Source: an uncultured Collinsella sp. (lineage in GTDB: Bacteria; Actinomycetota; Coriobacteriia; Coriobacteriales; Coriobacteriaceae). From it: a stretch of 64,000 nucleotides of DNA. The translations under genes were made by a program, and so were the position numbers. Shown piece after piece: positions 23,049 to 32,199 of this stretch. The notes beneath the pieces are model-generated. The model was not told the DNA's origin and did not search any database. It saw nothing but the letters and a program-made list of their open reading frames with translations. The stretch is taken from positions 78,475-142,474 of the forward strand of contig CABURU010000001.1 in the NCBI GenBank assembly GCA_902494085.1, written 5' to 3'. Within the stretch, counting starts at the first letter, position 1; each line of letters starts with the position of its first letter.

Positions 23049-24479
23049 ATGACGAACAAAGAGCTGGCTCAAAAGCTGCTGGACCTTTTGGGCGGTAAAG
23101 ACAACGTGCTCGCAAACGCGGCGTGCATGACGCGCCTGCGCGTGACCGTCAAAGACACGGGCAACGTCGACACGGAGGGTATTAAGGCGCTCGACGGCGT
23201 GATGGGCCTGGTCGAGGACGACACGATGCAGATCGTGCTGGGTCCGGGCAAGGTGAATAAGGTGCTCGAGGAGTTCTCCAAGCTCACCGGCCTTGCGAAA
23301 GGCGTTGCCGACGAGAGCGTGGTTGACGCTGCGGCCACAAACAAGGCCGCGCAGAAAGCCAAGTACGAGTCCAAGCCGGTTCAGGCCTTCCTCAAGAAGA
23401 TTTCCAATGTCTTCGTCGCCCTGCTTCCCGGCATCATTGCGGCTGGCCTCATCAACGGTATCTGTAACGTCATTAACGTCTCGACGGCAGGCGCGCTTGC
23501 AGGCGAGTGGTGGTACCAGGGCATTCGTTCCATGGGCTGGGCTCTGTTTGCCTATCTGCCCATCTTGGTGGGCTATAACGCGGCACGTGAGTTTGGTGGC
23601 TCCGCTGCGCTGGGCGGCATCGCCGGCATGATGTGTATCGCCAACAGTGCCATGCCCCTGCTTGCGCCTGGCGCGGCTGATCCTGCCACTGCCATTCTGC
23701 TGCCGCTCACCAGTGCGCAGTACAACCCCGCGGCGGGTGGCATGATCGCGGCTCTCATCGCTGGTGCATTTTTTGCCTGGATGGAGCGTCAGATTCGCAA
23801 GGTTATGCCCAACGCACTCGACACGTTCTTGTCCCCGCTGCTGGTGCTCATCATCGGCGCCTTTGCTCTGATGCTCGTCATCCAGCCGGTTGGCGCATGG
23901 CTGACGACTGCCATCTTTAGCGTTTTGACCTTTATCTTCGAGAAACTGGGCGTCCTGGGCGGCTATATCCTGTCGGCAGGCTTCTTGCCGCTGGTGTCCG
24001 TCGGCCTGCATCAGGCGCTCACGCCGATCCACGCTATGCTCAACGATCCCGACGGCGCTACCAAGGGTATCAATTACCTGCTTCCCATCCTTATGATGGC
24101 TGGCGGCGGCCAGGTCGGTGCCGGTTTGGCGCTGTACTTTAAGACCAAGAACGCCAAGCTCAAGAAGTACGTCGCAGAGTCCATTCCCGTTGGAATCCTG
24201 GGTGTGGGCGAGCCTCTGATGTATGCTGTTACGCTGCCGCTCGTTCGTCCGTTTGTGACGGCCTGCCTGGGTGCCGGATTTGGCGGCGCGCTCGCGGCGC
24301 TGCTTCACATCGGCACGGTTTCTCAGGGCGTTTCCGGTCTGTTTGGCCTACTGATCGTTGTTCCTGGCCAGCAGCTCGGCTACGTTGCCGCTATGCTGCT
24401 TGCCTATGCCGCCGGCTTTGTCCTGACGTGGTTCTTTGGCGTCGACGAGCAGAAGATCAACGAGTTCTTTGGCGAGTAG
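23049..24479 (+). CDS. murP: PTS EIIBC, MurP-like (MurNAc or MurNAc-GlcNAc)
   Basis: N-terminal EIIB CMTRLR; EIIC GLHQAL and GVGEPLMY; operon context. Confidence 0.85.
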   Translation: MTNKELAQKLLDLLGGKDNVLANAACMTRLRVTVKDTGNVDTEGIKALDGVMGLVEDDTMQIVLGPGKVNKVLEEFSKLTGLAKGVADESVVDAAATNKAAQKAKYESKPVQAFLKKISNVFVALLPGIIAAGLINGICNVINVSTAGALAGEWWYQGIRSMGWALFAYLPILVGYNAAREFGGSAALGGIAGMMCIANSAMPLLAPGAADPATAILLPLTSAQYNPAAGGMIAALIAGAFFAWMERQIRKVMPNALDTFLSPLLVLIIGAFALMLVIQPVGAWLTTAIFSVLTFIFEKLGVLGGYILSAGFLPLVSVGLHQALTPIHAMLNDPDGATKGINYLLPILMMAGGGQVGAGLALYFKTKNAKLKKYVAESIPVGILGVGEPLMYAVTLPLVRPFVTACLGAGFGGALAALLHIGTVSQGVSGLFGLLIVVPGQQLGYVAAMLLAYAAGFVLTWFFGVDEQKINEFFGE

Positions 24480-24546
24480 TTTGATATCGCGAGCCGTGTT
24501 GCTCGGGGCTCGCGGTGCGCGGCAGATTTCTTGATGCTATGGTTGT

Positions 24547-24580
24547 GCCGGCGGGGCTAACTGCTCCGCCGGCCTTTTTT
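24547..24580 (+). terminator. Intra-operonic terminator-like hairpin before mupG
   Basis: GCCGGCGGGGC...GCTCCGCCGGCC followed by T6. Confidence 0.6.
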
Positions 24581-24596
24581 AAAGGAGCGTTGAAGC

Positions 24597-25649
24597 GTGA
24601 AAACGGGTATTTCGATTTATCTTTCCAGCCCTCTGCAGGATATTGAGCGGACGATTGAGCGTGGTGCCGCGGCGGGTGCGCGCTATGCGTTCACCTCGCT
24701 GCATATTCCCGAGGATGGGGGAGCGGCGTATGCCGATAAGGTCCGTCATGTGCTGTCGCTGCTTTCCGCCCGCGGCATTGCGCTCATTGCCGATGTGGGG
24801 CCTCGCACGTGCGATTTGCTCGGGCTTGAGCGCATCGAGGACCTGCGCGATTTGGGGTTGGAATACCTTCGTTTGGACTATGGTTTTAGCGCCCAGCGGG
24901 TCGCGGAGCTGTCCGGTGTATTTCGCATTGTGGTCAATGCATCGACGGTGAGTTCTGATGAAATCGCATCGTGGCGTGAAGCCGGCGCCGATGTGACTCG
25001 TTTTGCCGCCTGCCACAATTTTTACCCCAAGCCTTATACCGGTTTAGCTCTGGAGGACATTGCTCGGGTGAATCTTCGTCTTGCGGCGCTTGGATTCGAA
25101 ATCATGGCTTTTGTGCCGGGTGATGCTAACGTTCGCGGGCCGGTATTCGAGGGACTGCCGACGGTCGAGGCACAGCGCGGTCGCGCGTCAAAGGTTGCTC
25201 TCAATATGCTTGAGCTTGCACATGGCGCCGATTGCGACATTGTGTTGGTCGGCGACCCCGATCTATCCGATGCGGGCTGGGCGCAGTTTGCTCAAGTTTC
25301 CGCCGGATACGTGGATTTGCAATGCGAGCTTGAGCCCGGTTATGCCTATGTGCGCGGGCAGATTCATCACGACCGGCCCGACTCGAGTGTCCTCATCTTT
25401 AGGTCTCAGGAGTCACGTACGAAGCTTAAGCCGGATTCCGTGCCGACGGATGCCGGAGCCGGCCTGCCGCGAAAGGCGGGGTCGATCGCTGTGAGCAATA
25501 GCGGATATGGGCGCTACGAAGGCGAGCTTGAGATTGCGCGGGTTGATCTTCCCGGTGACGAGCGCATGAACGTTGCGGGCCATATCACGCCCGAAGCAAT
25601 GGAACTGCTGCCGTTCATCAAACGCGGATTCGGGGTACGGTTCGTTTAA
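24597..25649 (+). CDS. mupG: MupG/DUF871 family 6-phospho-N-acetylmuramidase
   Basis: FTSLHIPE, LRLDYGF, CHNFYPKPYTGL, GLPTVEAQR and GRYEGELEI; murQ-murP context. Confidence 0.82.
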   Translation: MKTGISIYLSSPLQDIERTIERGAAAGARYAFTSLHIPEDGGAAYADKVRHVLSLLSARGIALIADVGPRTCDLLGLERIEDLRDLGLEYLRLDYGFSAQRVAELSGVFRIVVNASTVSSDEIASWREAGADVTRFAACHNFYPKPYTGLALEDIARVNLRLAALGFEIMAFVPGDANVRGPVFEGLPTVEAQRGRASKVALNMLELAHGADCDIVLVGDPDLSDAGWAQFAQVSAGYVDLQCELEPGYAYVRGQIHHDRPDSSVLIFRSQESRTKLKPDSVPTDAGAGLPRKAGSIAVSNSGYGRYEGELEIARVDLPGDERMNVAGHITPEAMELLPFIKRGFGVRFV

Positions 25650-25741
25650 CGTGTGACCCGCGGGCTACAATTGGCCCATCATACGAAGGCGCCTCGTGTG
25701 GCGTGTGCCTGCGTTGGCCGATCTATATTCGGAGGATTCCC

Positions 25742-26101
25742 ATGACCGTACTGTTTGTTGAATATCCCAAGTGCTCGACCTGTAAAAAGGCCAAGGCATG
25801 GCTGGACGAACATGGGGTTGAGTATATCGACCGCGATATCGTTTTGGACAATCCCACGGCTGATGAGCTTGCGACCTGGATTGCTCGTTCGGGGCTGCCG
25901 GTGCGGCGTTTCTTTAATTCGTCGGGCATGAAATATCGAGAGCTGGGCCTGAAGGCGCGTCTGGATGCGGGCATGACGGATCGGGAGTGCTACGAGCTGC
26001 TGGCGACCGACGGCATGCTGGTCAAGCGTCCGCTGCTGGTGGGCGACGACTTTGCGATTCCCGGCTTTAGGGAATCGGCTTGGGCCGAGGCGTTGCTGTA
26101 G
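25742..26101 (+). CDS. ArsC/Spx-like (YusI type) thioredoxin-fold protein
   Basis: YPKCSTCKKA, FNSSGMKYREL and GMLVKRP. Confidence 0.9.
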   Translation: MTVLFVEYPKCSTCKKAKAWLDEHGVEYIDRDIVLDNPTADELATWIARSGLPVRRFFNSSGMKYRELGLKARLDAGMTDRECYELLATDGMLVKRPLLVGDDFAIPGFRESAWAEALL

Positions 26102-26108
26102 CGGCTGC

Positions 26109-26278
26109 GGAAAGTGCGACCCGGAATTCGCTTCCAGAATGGGATGCACTTTCCCAAAGTGGCCGGTTGCGGAAAGCACGTCCCATTCTGAGCTTCGATT
26201 GTGGGACACGGTTTCCGGTTGAGGGCTCGACGGGAAAGTGGGGACCAGTTTGAGCTTGAAATCTGGGACGCACTTTCC
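26109..26278. repeat. Array of three 46-bp palindromic units at a 62-bp period (family E)
   Basis: Consensus GGAAAGTGCGTCCC-N18-GGGACGCACTTTCC; units start at 26109, 26171 and 26233. Confidence 0.8.
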
Positions 26279-26297
26279 GCCGGCGGGCCTGCCTCAG

Positions 26298-26708
26298 TCA
26301 GTCCGCCAGCTGTGCCCATTCGTGCGGATCGTAGACCTTTACGTGTTTGTTAGGCTTGCCGCTCCAGTACTCCTCGTCCATAAAGGGCAGATATGCCTGA
26401 ACGCCGGGGCAGATAAAGGGAATCCGTTGCTGTTGCAGTCGCTCGCGCTGGCGCTGCTCCAGGTGCGCCTCGGATATGACGGTTGGCATGCCGGACAACT
26501 CGACGAGGCTTGCCTGGATTCGCTTAAGGTCGGGGAGTCCCGCGTGCCATGACATCCGCATGATCAAAAAGGATGCACGGCGGTATTTTGCCTGCACCAC
26601 AGTAATGGCGGGGCGCAGTGTGGGATGGATTTTGTCCCGTTCGGGCCAAAGGTCGGCAGTGATCTCAAGGCCCAGGGTCTCCCATAGGTAATCAAGCTCT
26701 TCGTCCAT
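26298..26708 (-). CDS. Hypothetical protein, possibly an N-terminal fragment of an AbiEi-like/'MarR'-annotated family
   Basis: ATG with GAGG RBS; RERLQQQRIPFICPGVQAYLPF motif; family assignment is from memory only. Confidence 0.55.
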   Translation of the reverse strand: MDEELDYLWETLGLEITADLWPERDKIHPTLRPAITVVQAKYRRASFLIMRMSWHAGLPDLKRIQASLVELSGMPTVISEAHLEQRQRERLQQQRIPFICPGVQAYLPFMDEEYWSGKPNKHVKVYDPHEWAQLAD

Positions 26709-26911
26709 GGCGCCTCGATATCTACGCGATCATTGATACTTCGATTGTGTTGCCTGGTGCTATCGTTTTCACGGTAGAATCTGCCAACGGTTGACGGCTA
26801 CCGCTCGCGGCGTTTTGCCCTTCGTGTACAGCGGTCGGCTTCACAGGTCCTTCACGGGTTGGACTAAATTAGGCCAATTTGACTGAATTTCAAAAAAGTC
26901 AAAATTGGGGC

Positions 26912-26940
26912 TTGCGTCACGGCGAGACTTCCCGTATATT
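26912..26940 (+). promoter_or_regulatory. Sigma70-type promoter of the tRNA pair
   Basis: TTGCGT-N17-TATATT with AT-rich upstream sequence. Confidence 0.65.
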
Positions 26941-26984
26941 TCTTTCTTGCGCAAAGGCACAGCCGAGCGCAGCGATGCAGTCAT

Positions 26985-27058
26985 TGGGATGTCGTCTAAT
27001 GGCAGGACAGCGGATTCTGGTTCCGTCAATGGGGGTTCGACTCCCTCCATCCCAGCCA
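26985..27058 (+). tRNA. tRNA-Gln (anticodon CTG)
   Basis: TGGGATG/CATCCCA acceptor stem, GGTTCGACTCC T-loop, encoded CCA. Confidence 0.95.
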
Positions 27059-27075
27059 TTGCATTTGCTACATAT

Positions 27076-27152
27076 GGCCCGTTCGTCTAGCGGTTTAGGA
27101 CGCCGCCCTCTCAAGGCGGAGATCACCAGTTCGAATCTGGTACGGGCTACCA
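27076..27152 (+). tRNA. tRNA-Glu (anticodon CTC)
   Basis: GGCCCGT/ACGGGCT acceptor stem, CCGCC-CTCTCAA-GGCGG anticodon arm, GTTCGAATC T-loop, CCA. Confidence 0.95.
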
Positions 27153-27162
27153 AAATTGAACG

Positions 27163-27191
27163 CCCGGGCCTCGTAAGAGACCCGGGTTTTG
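27163..27191 (+). terminator. Terminator after the tRNAs
   Basis: CCCGGGCCTC-GTAA-GAGACCCGGGTTTT. Confidence 0.75.
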
Positions 27192-27246
27192 TGTATTGAC
27201 CGTATATACGGCGCCTGCCGTGTTTCGCTCAGATCGAGGAGTAGCC

Positions 27247-28164
27247 ATGGATCTGCCCATCAGCTTGCAAGACATCACGTATGCCGAGAACTATCTGGCG
27301 CAGGGCGACCTGGCTACGGCGACGCCGCTGCTGGAGCGTCTGGTGGAGCTCGCCGAGGAGTATATCGACGCTGAGTGCAAGACGGAGGAGAAGCGTCAAT
27401 ACTTTAGCTTCGATAGCAAGTTTGAGCGCTTGGCCTATCGCCGCGTGGAGAAGGATCCGCGCGAGCTCGTGCAGGTCGAGGTGCCGTTTGACCGCCTGTA
27501 CTCTGACATGGCGTTTGCCTACATTCGCCAGCAGGATTATGTGAGTGCTCGCAACGCCTTGATGCAGGCCGTGCGCTGGGACCCCATGAACTGCAACTAC
27601 CGCCTGGATCTGGCCGAGCTGTTCCGCGCTCTCGAGGACAAGCAGGAATGGGCATCGCTCTCGTTCTCGGTGCTGGAGCGTGCAAGCGATGGCAAGTGCG
27701 CCGCCCGCGCTTACGCCAATCTAGGTCAGTACTTCTTGGAGCCCGAGACCGAGAACGTTTCGGCTGCCGTGGGCTGCGCGCGTCTGGCGCTGCGCCTGGC
27801 GCCCAACGATGCGCATACGACGCGCCTGCTCAACAAGATCCATACCACCTATCCGGATGCCGCCGATGAGAGCGACGACCACGTGATGGGTGAACTGGCC
27901 CTGCAAGGCGTGCCGACCTCGCCTTCGGCCGAGATTGCCATCTGCCTGATTATGTGCGCGACCGATGCTGCAAGCGACGGCGACAAGCAGGAGGCGACGC
28001 GCCTGACGGTACGTGCTCGCGACTTGGTGGGCGAGGAGGCCTGCGCGGCGATTATCAAACTGGTGCGCGAGAGCGATGCCGAGCTCAATGCCGAGCGCAA
28101 GGCAAAGCGCGAGGCTGCGGGCTCAAACGCCGATGGCGCCAAGGAGGCCGGCGATGCCCAGTAA
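27247..28164 (+). CDS. TPR-like hypothetical protein
   Basis: GAGGAG RBS; helical repeats such as ARNALMQAVRWDPMN and AYANLGQY; overlaps the smpB start. Confidence 0.75.
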   Translation: MDLPISLQDITYAENYLAQGDLATATPLLERLVELAEEYIDAECKTEEKRQYFSFDSKFERLAYRRVEKDPRELVQVEVPFDRLYSDMAFAYIRQQDYVSARNALMQAVRWDPMNCNYRLDLAELFRALEDKQEWASLSFSVLERASDGKCAARAYANLGQYFLEPETENVSAAVGCARLALRLAPNDAHTTRLLNKIHTTYPDAADESDDHVMGELALQGVPTSPSAEIAICLIMCATDAASDGDKQEATRLTVRARDLVGEEACAAIIKLVRESDAELNAERKAKREAAGSNADGAKEAGDAQ

Positions 28165-28624
28165 GCGCGAGCGCAAACTCATTTCCAAGAATCGCTCGGC
28201 ACATCACGAGTACTTTATCGATGAGACGTTTGAGTGCGGTATTGAGCTGAGTGGCACCGAGGTCAAGTCGATTCGCGAGCGTGCCTGCCAGATCACCGAT
28301 ACCTTCGCGCTGATCCGCGGCGGGGAGTGCTGGCTCGTCGGCCTGCATATCCACCCTTATAGCCATGGTGGCGTGTGGAATCGCGATCCTGACCGTCGGC
28401 GTCGTCTGCTGCTGCACCGCAAGGAGATCGACTTTCTTGACGGCAAACTTCGCAACCGTGGTTATGCGCTGGTTCCGTTGGAGCTCTACTTTAATACCGA
28501 CGGCCGCGTAAAGCTGCTGCTGGGTCTGGGTCGCGGCAAGAAGCTCTACGACAAGCGCGAGGACATGGCCAAGCGTGATGTCCAACGCGAGATCGACCGC
28601 GCCCTTAAGGAACGCAACCGCTAG
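28154..28624 (+). CDS. smpB: SsrA-binding protein SmpB
   Basis: KNRSAHHEYFI, GIELSGTEVKSIR and GKKLYDKR. Confidence 0.96.
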   Translation: MPSKRERKLISKNRSAHHEYFIDETFECGIELSGTEVKSIRERACQITDTFALIRGGECWLVGLHIHPYSHGGVWNRDPDRRRRLLLHRKEIDFLDGKLRNRGYALVPLELYFNTDGRVKLLLGLGRGKKLYDKREDMAKRDVQREIDRALKERNR

Positions 28625-28636
28625 GCACTCTGTATA

Positions 28637-28702
28637 AGTTGCGGTGGAATACGGACTGTTTTCCTGTTTGAGGGGCTATTCAGTCCCTATTTCACCGCAA
28701 CT
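28637..28702. repeat. Palindromic element (family B)
   Basis: AGTTGCGGTGGAATACGGACTG...CAGTCCCTATTTCACCGCAACT. Confidence 0.88.
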
Positions 28703-28745
28703 GCGGGCGTCTCATCTTTCTTACTGTTCTGACACATATGTCTCA

Positions 28746-28778
28746 AAGGCGGCGTCCGTTATGGGTGCCGCCTTTTTT
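28746..28778 (+). terminator. Terminator after smpB
   Basis: AAGGCGGCGTCC-GTTAT-GGGTGCCGCCTTTTTT. Confidence 0.7.
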
Positions 28779-28829
28779 GTGGGTACATACATTCATGAGG
28801 TTCCAACCCGAGCTAGGGGAGTGATCGTT

Positions 28830-29333
28830 ATGGACAAAACTGCGTTCTTTACCATGCCGAGCGGTCTGTACGTGGTGAGCGCTGCGGCAGACGGGCTGCG
28901 CGCCGGCTGCGTCATCAATACTGCGGTGCAGGTGACGTCCATGCCGCCGCGTATTTCGGTTGCCGTGAACAAGGACAATGTCACCTCGGGCGTCATCGCA
29001 TCGGCCAAAGCGTTCGCGCTGACCGTGATCGGTCAGACCGCCGACATGCTCTACATCGGTAACTTTGGGTTCCGCACCAGCAGCGATTATGACAAGTTTG
29101 CCAAGTACGAGACCCGCGAGACGGCTCTGGGCATGCCCTATGTGCCCGAGCACGCGGCGGCCCTGTTTAGCTGCCGTTTGATCGACACTGTGGATGTGGG
29201 CACGCATCTGCTGTTTATCGGCGAGGTCGAGGATGCCGAGCGCCTGAGCGACGAGACGCCGCTGACGTACGACTACTATCACAAGGTTCTGAAGGGCAAG
29301 ACGCCTCCGAAGGCGTCTTCGTATCAAGGCTAG
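28830..29333 (+). CDS. Flavin reductase family protein (Hrb N-terminal-like)
   Basis: SGLYVV, GCVINTAVQVT, DVGTHLLFIGEV and PLTYDYYHKVLKGKTP. Confidence 0.88.
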   Translation: MDKTAFFTMPSGLYVVSAAADGLRAGCVINTAVQVTSMPPRISVAVNKDNVTSGVIASAKAFALTVIGQTADMLYIGNFGFRTSSDYDKFAKYETRETALGMPYVPEHAAALFSCRLIDTVDVGTHLLFIGEVEDAERLSDETPLTYDYYHKVLKGKTPPKASSYQG

Positions 29334-29350
29334 AAATGTTTTAAAAACAC

Positions 29351-29378
29351 TTGCATTATATTATTGAGAACATATACT
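29351..29378 (+). promoter_or_regulatory. Putative promoter of the rubredoxin gene
   Basis: TTGCAT-N16-TATACT in AT-rich DNA. Confidence 0.55.
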
Positions 29379-29422
29379 AATAAGCGAAGTACATCACCAG
29401 TCGCGTTCGAGAGGAGAACATC

Positions 29423-29566
29423 ATGGCTGAGGAGAAGAAGACGTATAAGTTCGTGTGCGTCGTTTGCGGTTACGAGGTTGAGGTCGACACGCCCGAGCTG
29501 CCCGAGGACTACGTGTGCCCGGTGTGCGGCGTCGGCCCCGATCAGTTTGAGCTCGTCGAGGAGTAG
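29423..29566 (+). CDS. Rubredoxin-like protein (47 aa; absent from the ORF track)
   Basis: Hand translation [47 protein letters not shown]; two CxxCG motifs; GAGGAG RBS. Confidence 0.92.
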   Translation: MAEEKKTYKFVCVVCGYEVEVDTPELPEDYVCPVCGVGPDQFELVEE

Positions 29567-29606
29567 CTCGCAGGCACATGACTTGCAGCAATACATAGCT
29601 CTGTCC

Positions 29607-29643
29607 AAGGGCCCCGGTCGGTCATCCCGGCCGGGGCCCTTTT
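29607..29643 (+). terminator. Terminator after rubredoxin
   Basis: AAGGGCCCCGGTCGG...CCGGCCGGGGCCCTTTT. Confidence 0.75.
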
Positions 29644-29712
29644 CCTCCGTCCCCAAGGGATCACGGCTGCTGTTAGCCGATCCTGTCTGTCGTGAGTCCG
29701 GCCGACCGTTTG

Positions 29713-29926
29713 TCTCAATCTGTAACATCTGGCAGTGAAAACGGGGTCTACGTGTTACAGATTGAGACAAAAGGTTGGAGCTGAAGAAATGTCTTGATCT
29801 GTAACATCTAGAAGCGGAAATTTGGTCCACTTGTTACAGATCAAGACAAACCAAATCCATCCGGCAGAAGATCTCAATCTGTAACATCTAGATATCAAAA
29901 GCGGGTCTAGATGTTACAGATCGAGA
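29713..29926. repeat. 80-bp-period palindromic array (family A), 3 units
   Basis: TCTCAATCTGTAACA-N25-TGTTACAGATTGAGA at 29713, 29792 and 29872. Confidence 0.95.
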
Positions 29927-29954
29927 CGTTTGCCTGGGTGGGTGTTCCGTCCCA

Positions 29955-31226
29955 TTACATCCCTGTCAACAACACGACATCGAGAATCGTCACGACGACA
30001 CCGATCCCTACGAGCAACGCGTTGAGCGGGCGCGAGTTGGCGTATTTGCCCATGACGCGGGACGAAATGGTGAGTCGTATGAGCACAAAGACCGTAATCG
30101 GCAGCTGAAGCGACAGCAGTGCCTGACTCCAAATGAGACCCTCAAAAGGATTCGGGACGACCAGGCACGCCGCCACTGCGCCGACGAAGCATACCGCCAC
30201 CCCGATCGAGGAATGTCGGTCGTGGATGTCGTATTCCTCGTCGAACATGCCCGCGGTGATGGTTCCCGCCGCCATGCCCGCTGTCACGCTACTCGAGAGA
30301 CCCGCGAACAGCAGCGCTACCGCAAAGATGGTCGAGCTCGCCGGACCCAAGATGGGGGAGAGCGTGGCCGCTGCGACGGCGAGGTCGTCTACGACCATGC
30401 CGTGCGCAAAGAAGGTCGTTGCGGCCAGGATGACCATGGCCGAGTTGATTGCCCAGCCCACGCCCATCGAAAAGAGCGTGTCGAAGAGCTCGTAGCGCAG
30501 ACGTTCCTCGATAACCTGCTCGCCTTGGCCTTCGAAGTGCATGGATTGGATGACCTCGGAGTGCAGGAAGAGGTTGTGGGGCATAACGACCGCTCCCAGG
30601 ACACTTACGATAATCGCGGCCGAGCCGGTGGGCATACTGGGCGTGATCCAGCTTGCGGCGGCCTGCGGCCAGTCGACCTTGACCAGCGCAAGCTCGGCCA
30701 AAAACGAGAGTCCTACCACGCCTACGAAGGCGATAATCCATCGCTCGGCGCGCTTGTAGGAGCTCGTCATGAGCATCGCCATCGATACTGCCGCCACGAT
30801 GACGCAGCCCGCGCGCACGGGCAGCCCAAAGAGCATTTGAAGGGCAATCGCGCCACCCAGGACTTCGGCCATGGCGGTGGCGATGGTCGCGAGATAAGCA
30901 CTGGCGAGCACCGTGCGTCCAACGAAGCGGGGGAGGTAACGTGTCGTGGCCTCGGCAAGACAGGTGCCCGTGGCGATGCCCAGGTGCGCCGCGTTGTGCT
31001 GCAACGCGATGAGCATGATCGTGGACAGCGTGACGATCCACAGCAGCGCGTAGCCAAACTGCGAACCCGCGGCCATATTGGAGGCCCAGTTGCCCGGGTC
31101 GATAAAGCCGACGGTCACGAGCAGCCCGGGGCCGATATGCCGCGCAATGTCTAGACCTCCGTGACCACCGGTGCGTCGGGAGCCAAAGTGTTGTTTGAGA
31201 TGGTTGATCATGGTCGGTTCCTGCAT
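29955..31226 (-). CDS. mntH: Nramp family divalent metal (Mn2+) transporter; start uncertain (31211, 31226 or 31256)
   Basis: GFIDPGNW and VMPHNLFLHS Nramp motifs. Confidence 0.92.
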   Translation of the reverse strand: MQEPTMINHLKQHFGSRRTGGHGGLDIARHIGPGLLVTVGFIDPGNWASNMAAGSQFGYALLWIVTLSTIMLIALQHNAAHLGIATGTCLAEATTRYLPRFVGRTVLASAYLATIATAMAEVLGGAIALQMLFGLPVRAGCVIVAAVSMAMLMTSSYKRAERWIIAFVGVVGLSFLAELALVKVDWPQAAASWITPSMPTGSAAIIVSVLGAVVMPHNLFLHSEVIQSMHFEGQGEQVIEERLRYELFDTLFSMGVGWAINSAMVILAATTFFAHGMVVDDLAVAAATLSPILGPASSTIFAVALLFAGLSSSVTAGMAAGTITAGMFDEEYDIHDRHSSIGVAVCFVGAVAACLVVPNPFEGLIWSQALLSLQLPITVFVLIRLTISSRVMGKYANSRPLNALLVGIGVVVTILDVVLLTGM

Positions 31227-31286
31227 AGGGTCAGCGCGGTGCCGCGCTTGGGTCATGCGGCGCCGCGCGCTCGGTTTAGGTTGGGG

Positions 31287-32060
31287 TTACTTGCGCGCCT
31301 TGCCCTGATTGGCCACGGCGTCAATCTTGGCGGCGATGGTCGCCGGGTCGCCGATGTAGCGCTTGTCGAGGACGTTGAAATCGGTGTCGAAGGTGTAGAC
31401 GAGCGGCACGCCGGTGGGGATGTTGACCTTGAGGATCTCCTCGGGCGTGAGGTGCTCGAACTTCATGACGAGAGAGCGCAGGGAGTTGCCGTGTGCGGCG
31501 ATGAGCACGCGCTTGCCGGCGAGCATCTGTGGGCGAATCTCGTCTTCGAAATAGGGCCAGGCGCGGGCGATCGTGTCCTTGAGGCACTCGGTATAGGGCA
31601 GCTGATCGGGTGCGACATCACGGTATTGCTCCTGGGTGTGGGGGTCGCGCGCGTCATCCGGCTCGAGCGCCGGCGGGCAGACGTCGAAGGAGCGGCGCCA
31701 GATGAGCACCTGCTCGTCGCCGTGTTCGGCTGCGGCATCGGCCTTGTTGAGACCCTGTAACGCGCCGTAGTGGCGCTCGTTGAGCTTCCAGGATTTGATG
31801 ACGGGCAGCCATTCGCGGTCCATCTGGCCGAGCACGATGTTGAGGGTGTGGATCGCGCGCTTGAGGCGCGAGGTGTAGCAGATGTCAAAGTCGAAGCTCG
31901 CTTCCTTGAGGGCGCGGCCGCCTGCCGCCGCCTCTTCGCGGCCCGTGTCGGTGAGCTCGACATCGGTCCAGCCGGTGAACAGGTTGAGCTTGTTCCACTC
32001 GGATTCTCCGTGACGGATAAGGACGAGTTGCATCGTCTGCTGGTCTGCTTGGTGCGCCAT
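31287..32060 (-). CDS. gpmA: 2,3-bisphosphoglycerate-dependent phosphoglycerate mutase
   Basis: LIRHGESEWN, LNERHYGALQG and AAHGNSLR. Confidence 0.96.
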   Translation of the reverse strand: MAHQADQQTMQLVLIRHGESEWNKLNLFTGWTDVELTDTGREEAAAGGRALKEASFDFDICYTSRLKRAIHTLNIVLGQMDREWLPVIKSWKLNERHYGALQGLNKADAAAEHGDEQVLIWRRSFDVCPPALEPDDARDPHTQEQYRDVAPDQLPYTECLKDTIARAWPYFEDEIRPQMLAGKRVLIAAHGNSLRSLVMKFEHLTPEEILKVNIPTGVPLVYTFDTDFNVLDKRYIGDPATIAAKIDAVANQGKARK

Positions 32061-32122
32061 AGGGGCCTCCTTGATCTGGCACGGTGTGCGTGCCGTTTGC
32101 TTGACGCCGCAAAGGATACCCG

Positions 32123-32152
32123 TTTTAGGCTAAAAAGTTAACCAAGACTAAC
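32123..32152 (-). promoter_or_regulatory. Putative DtxR/MntR-family operator upstream of gpmA-mntH
   Basis: - strand reads GTTAGTCTTGGTTAAC (TTAG-N6-TTAA), next to the TTTTAGGCTAAAA palindrome. Confidence 0.4.
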
Positions 32153-32199
32153 AAAATTGTAGTATTTGAATAGGATGGTGAAAGGGGATTGCCGAAATG

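Noticed and set aside
26841..27199. Short ORFs overlapping the tRNA genes
   Set aside because: They are spurious translations of tRNA sequence.
28625..28829. tmRNA (ssrA) next to smpB
   Set aside because: The gap is too short and is explained by a family B repeat and a terminator; no tRNA-like ends.
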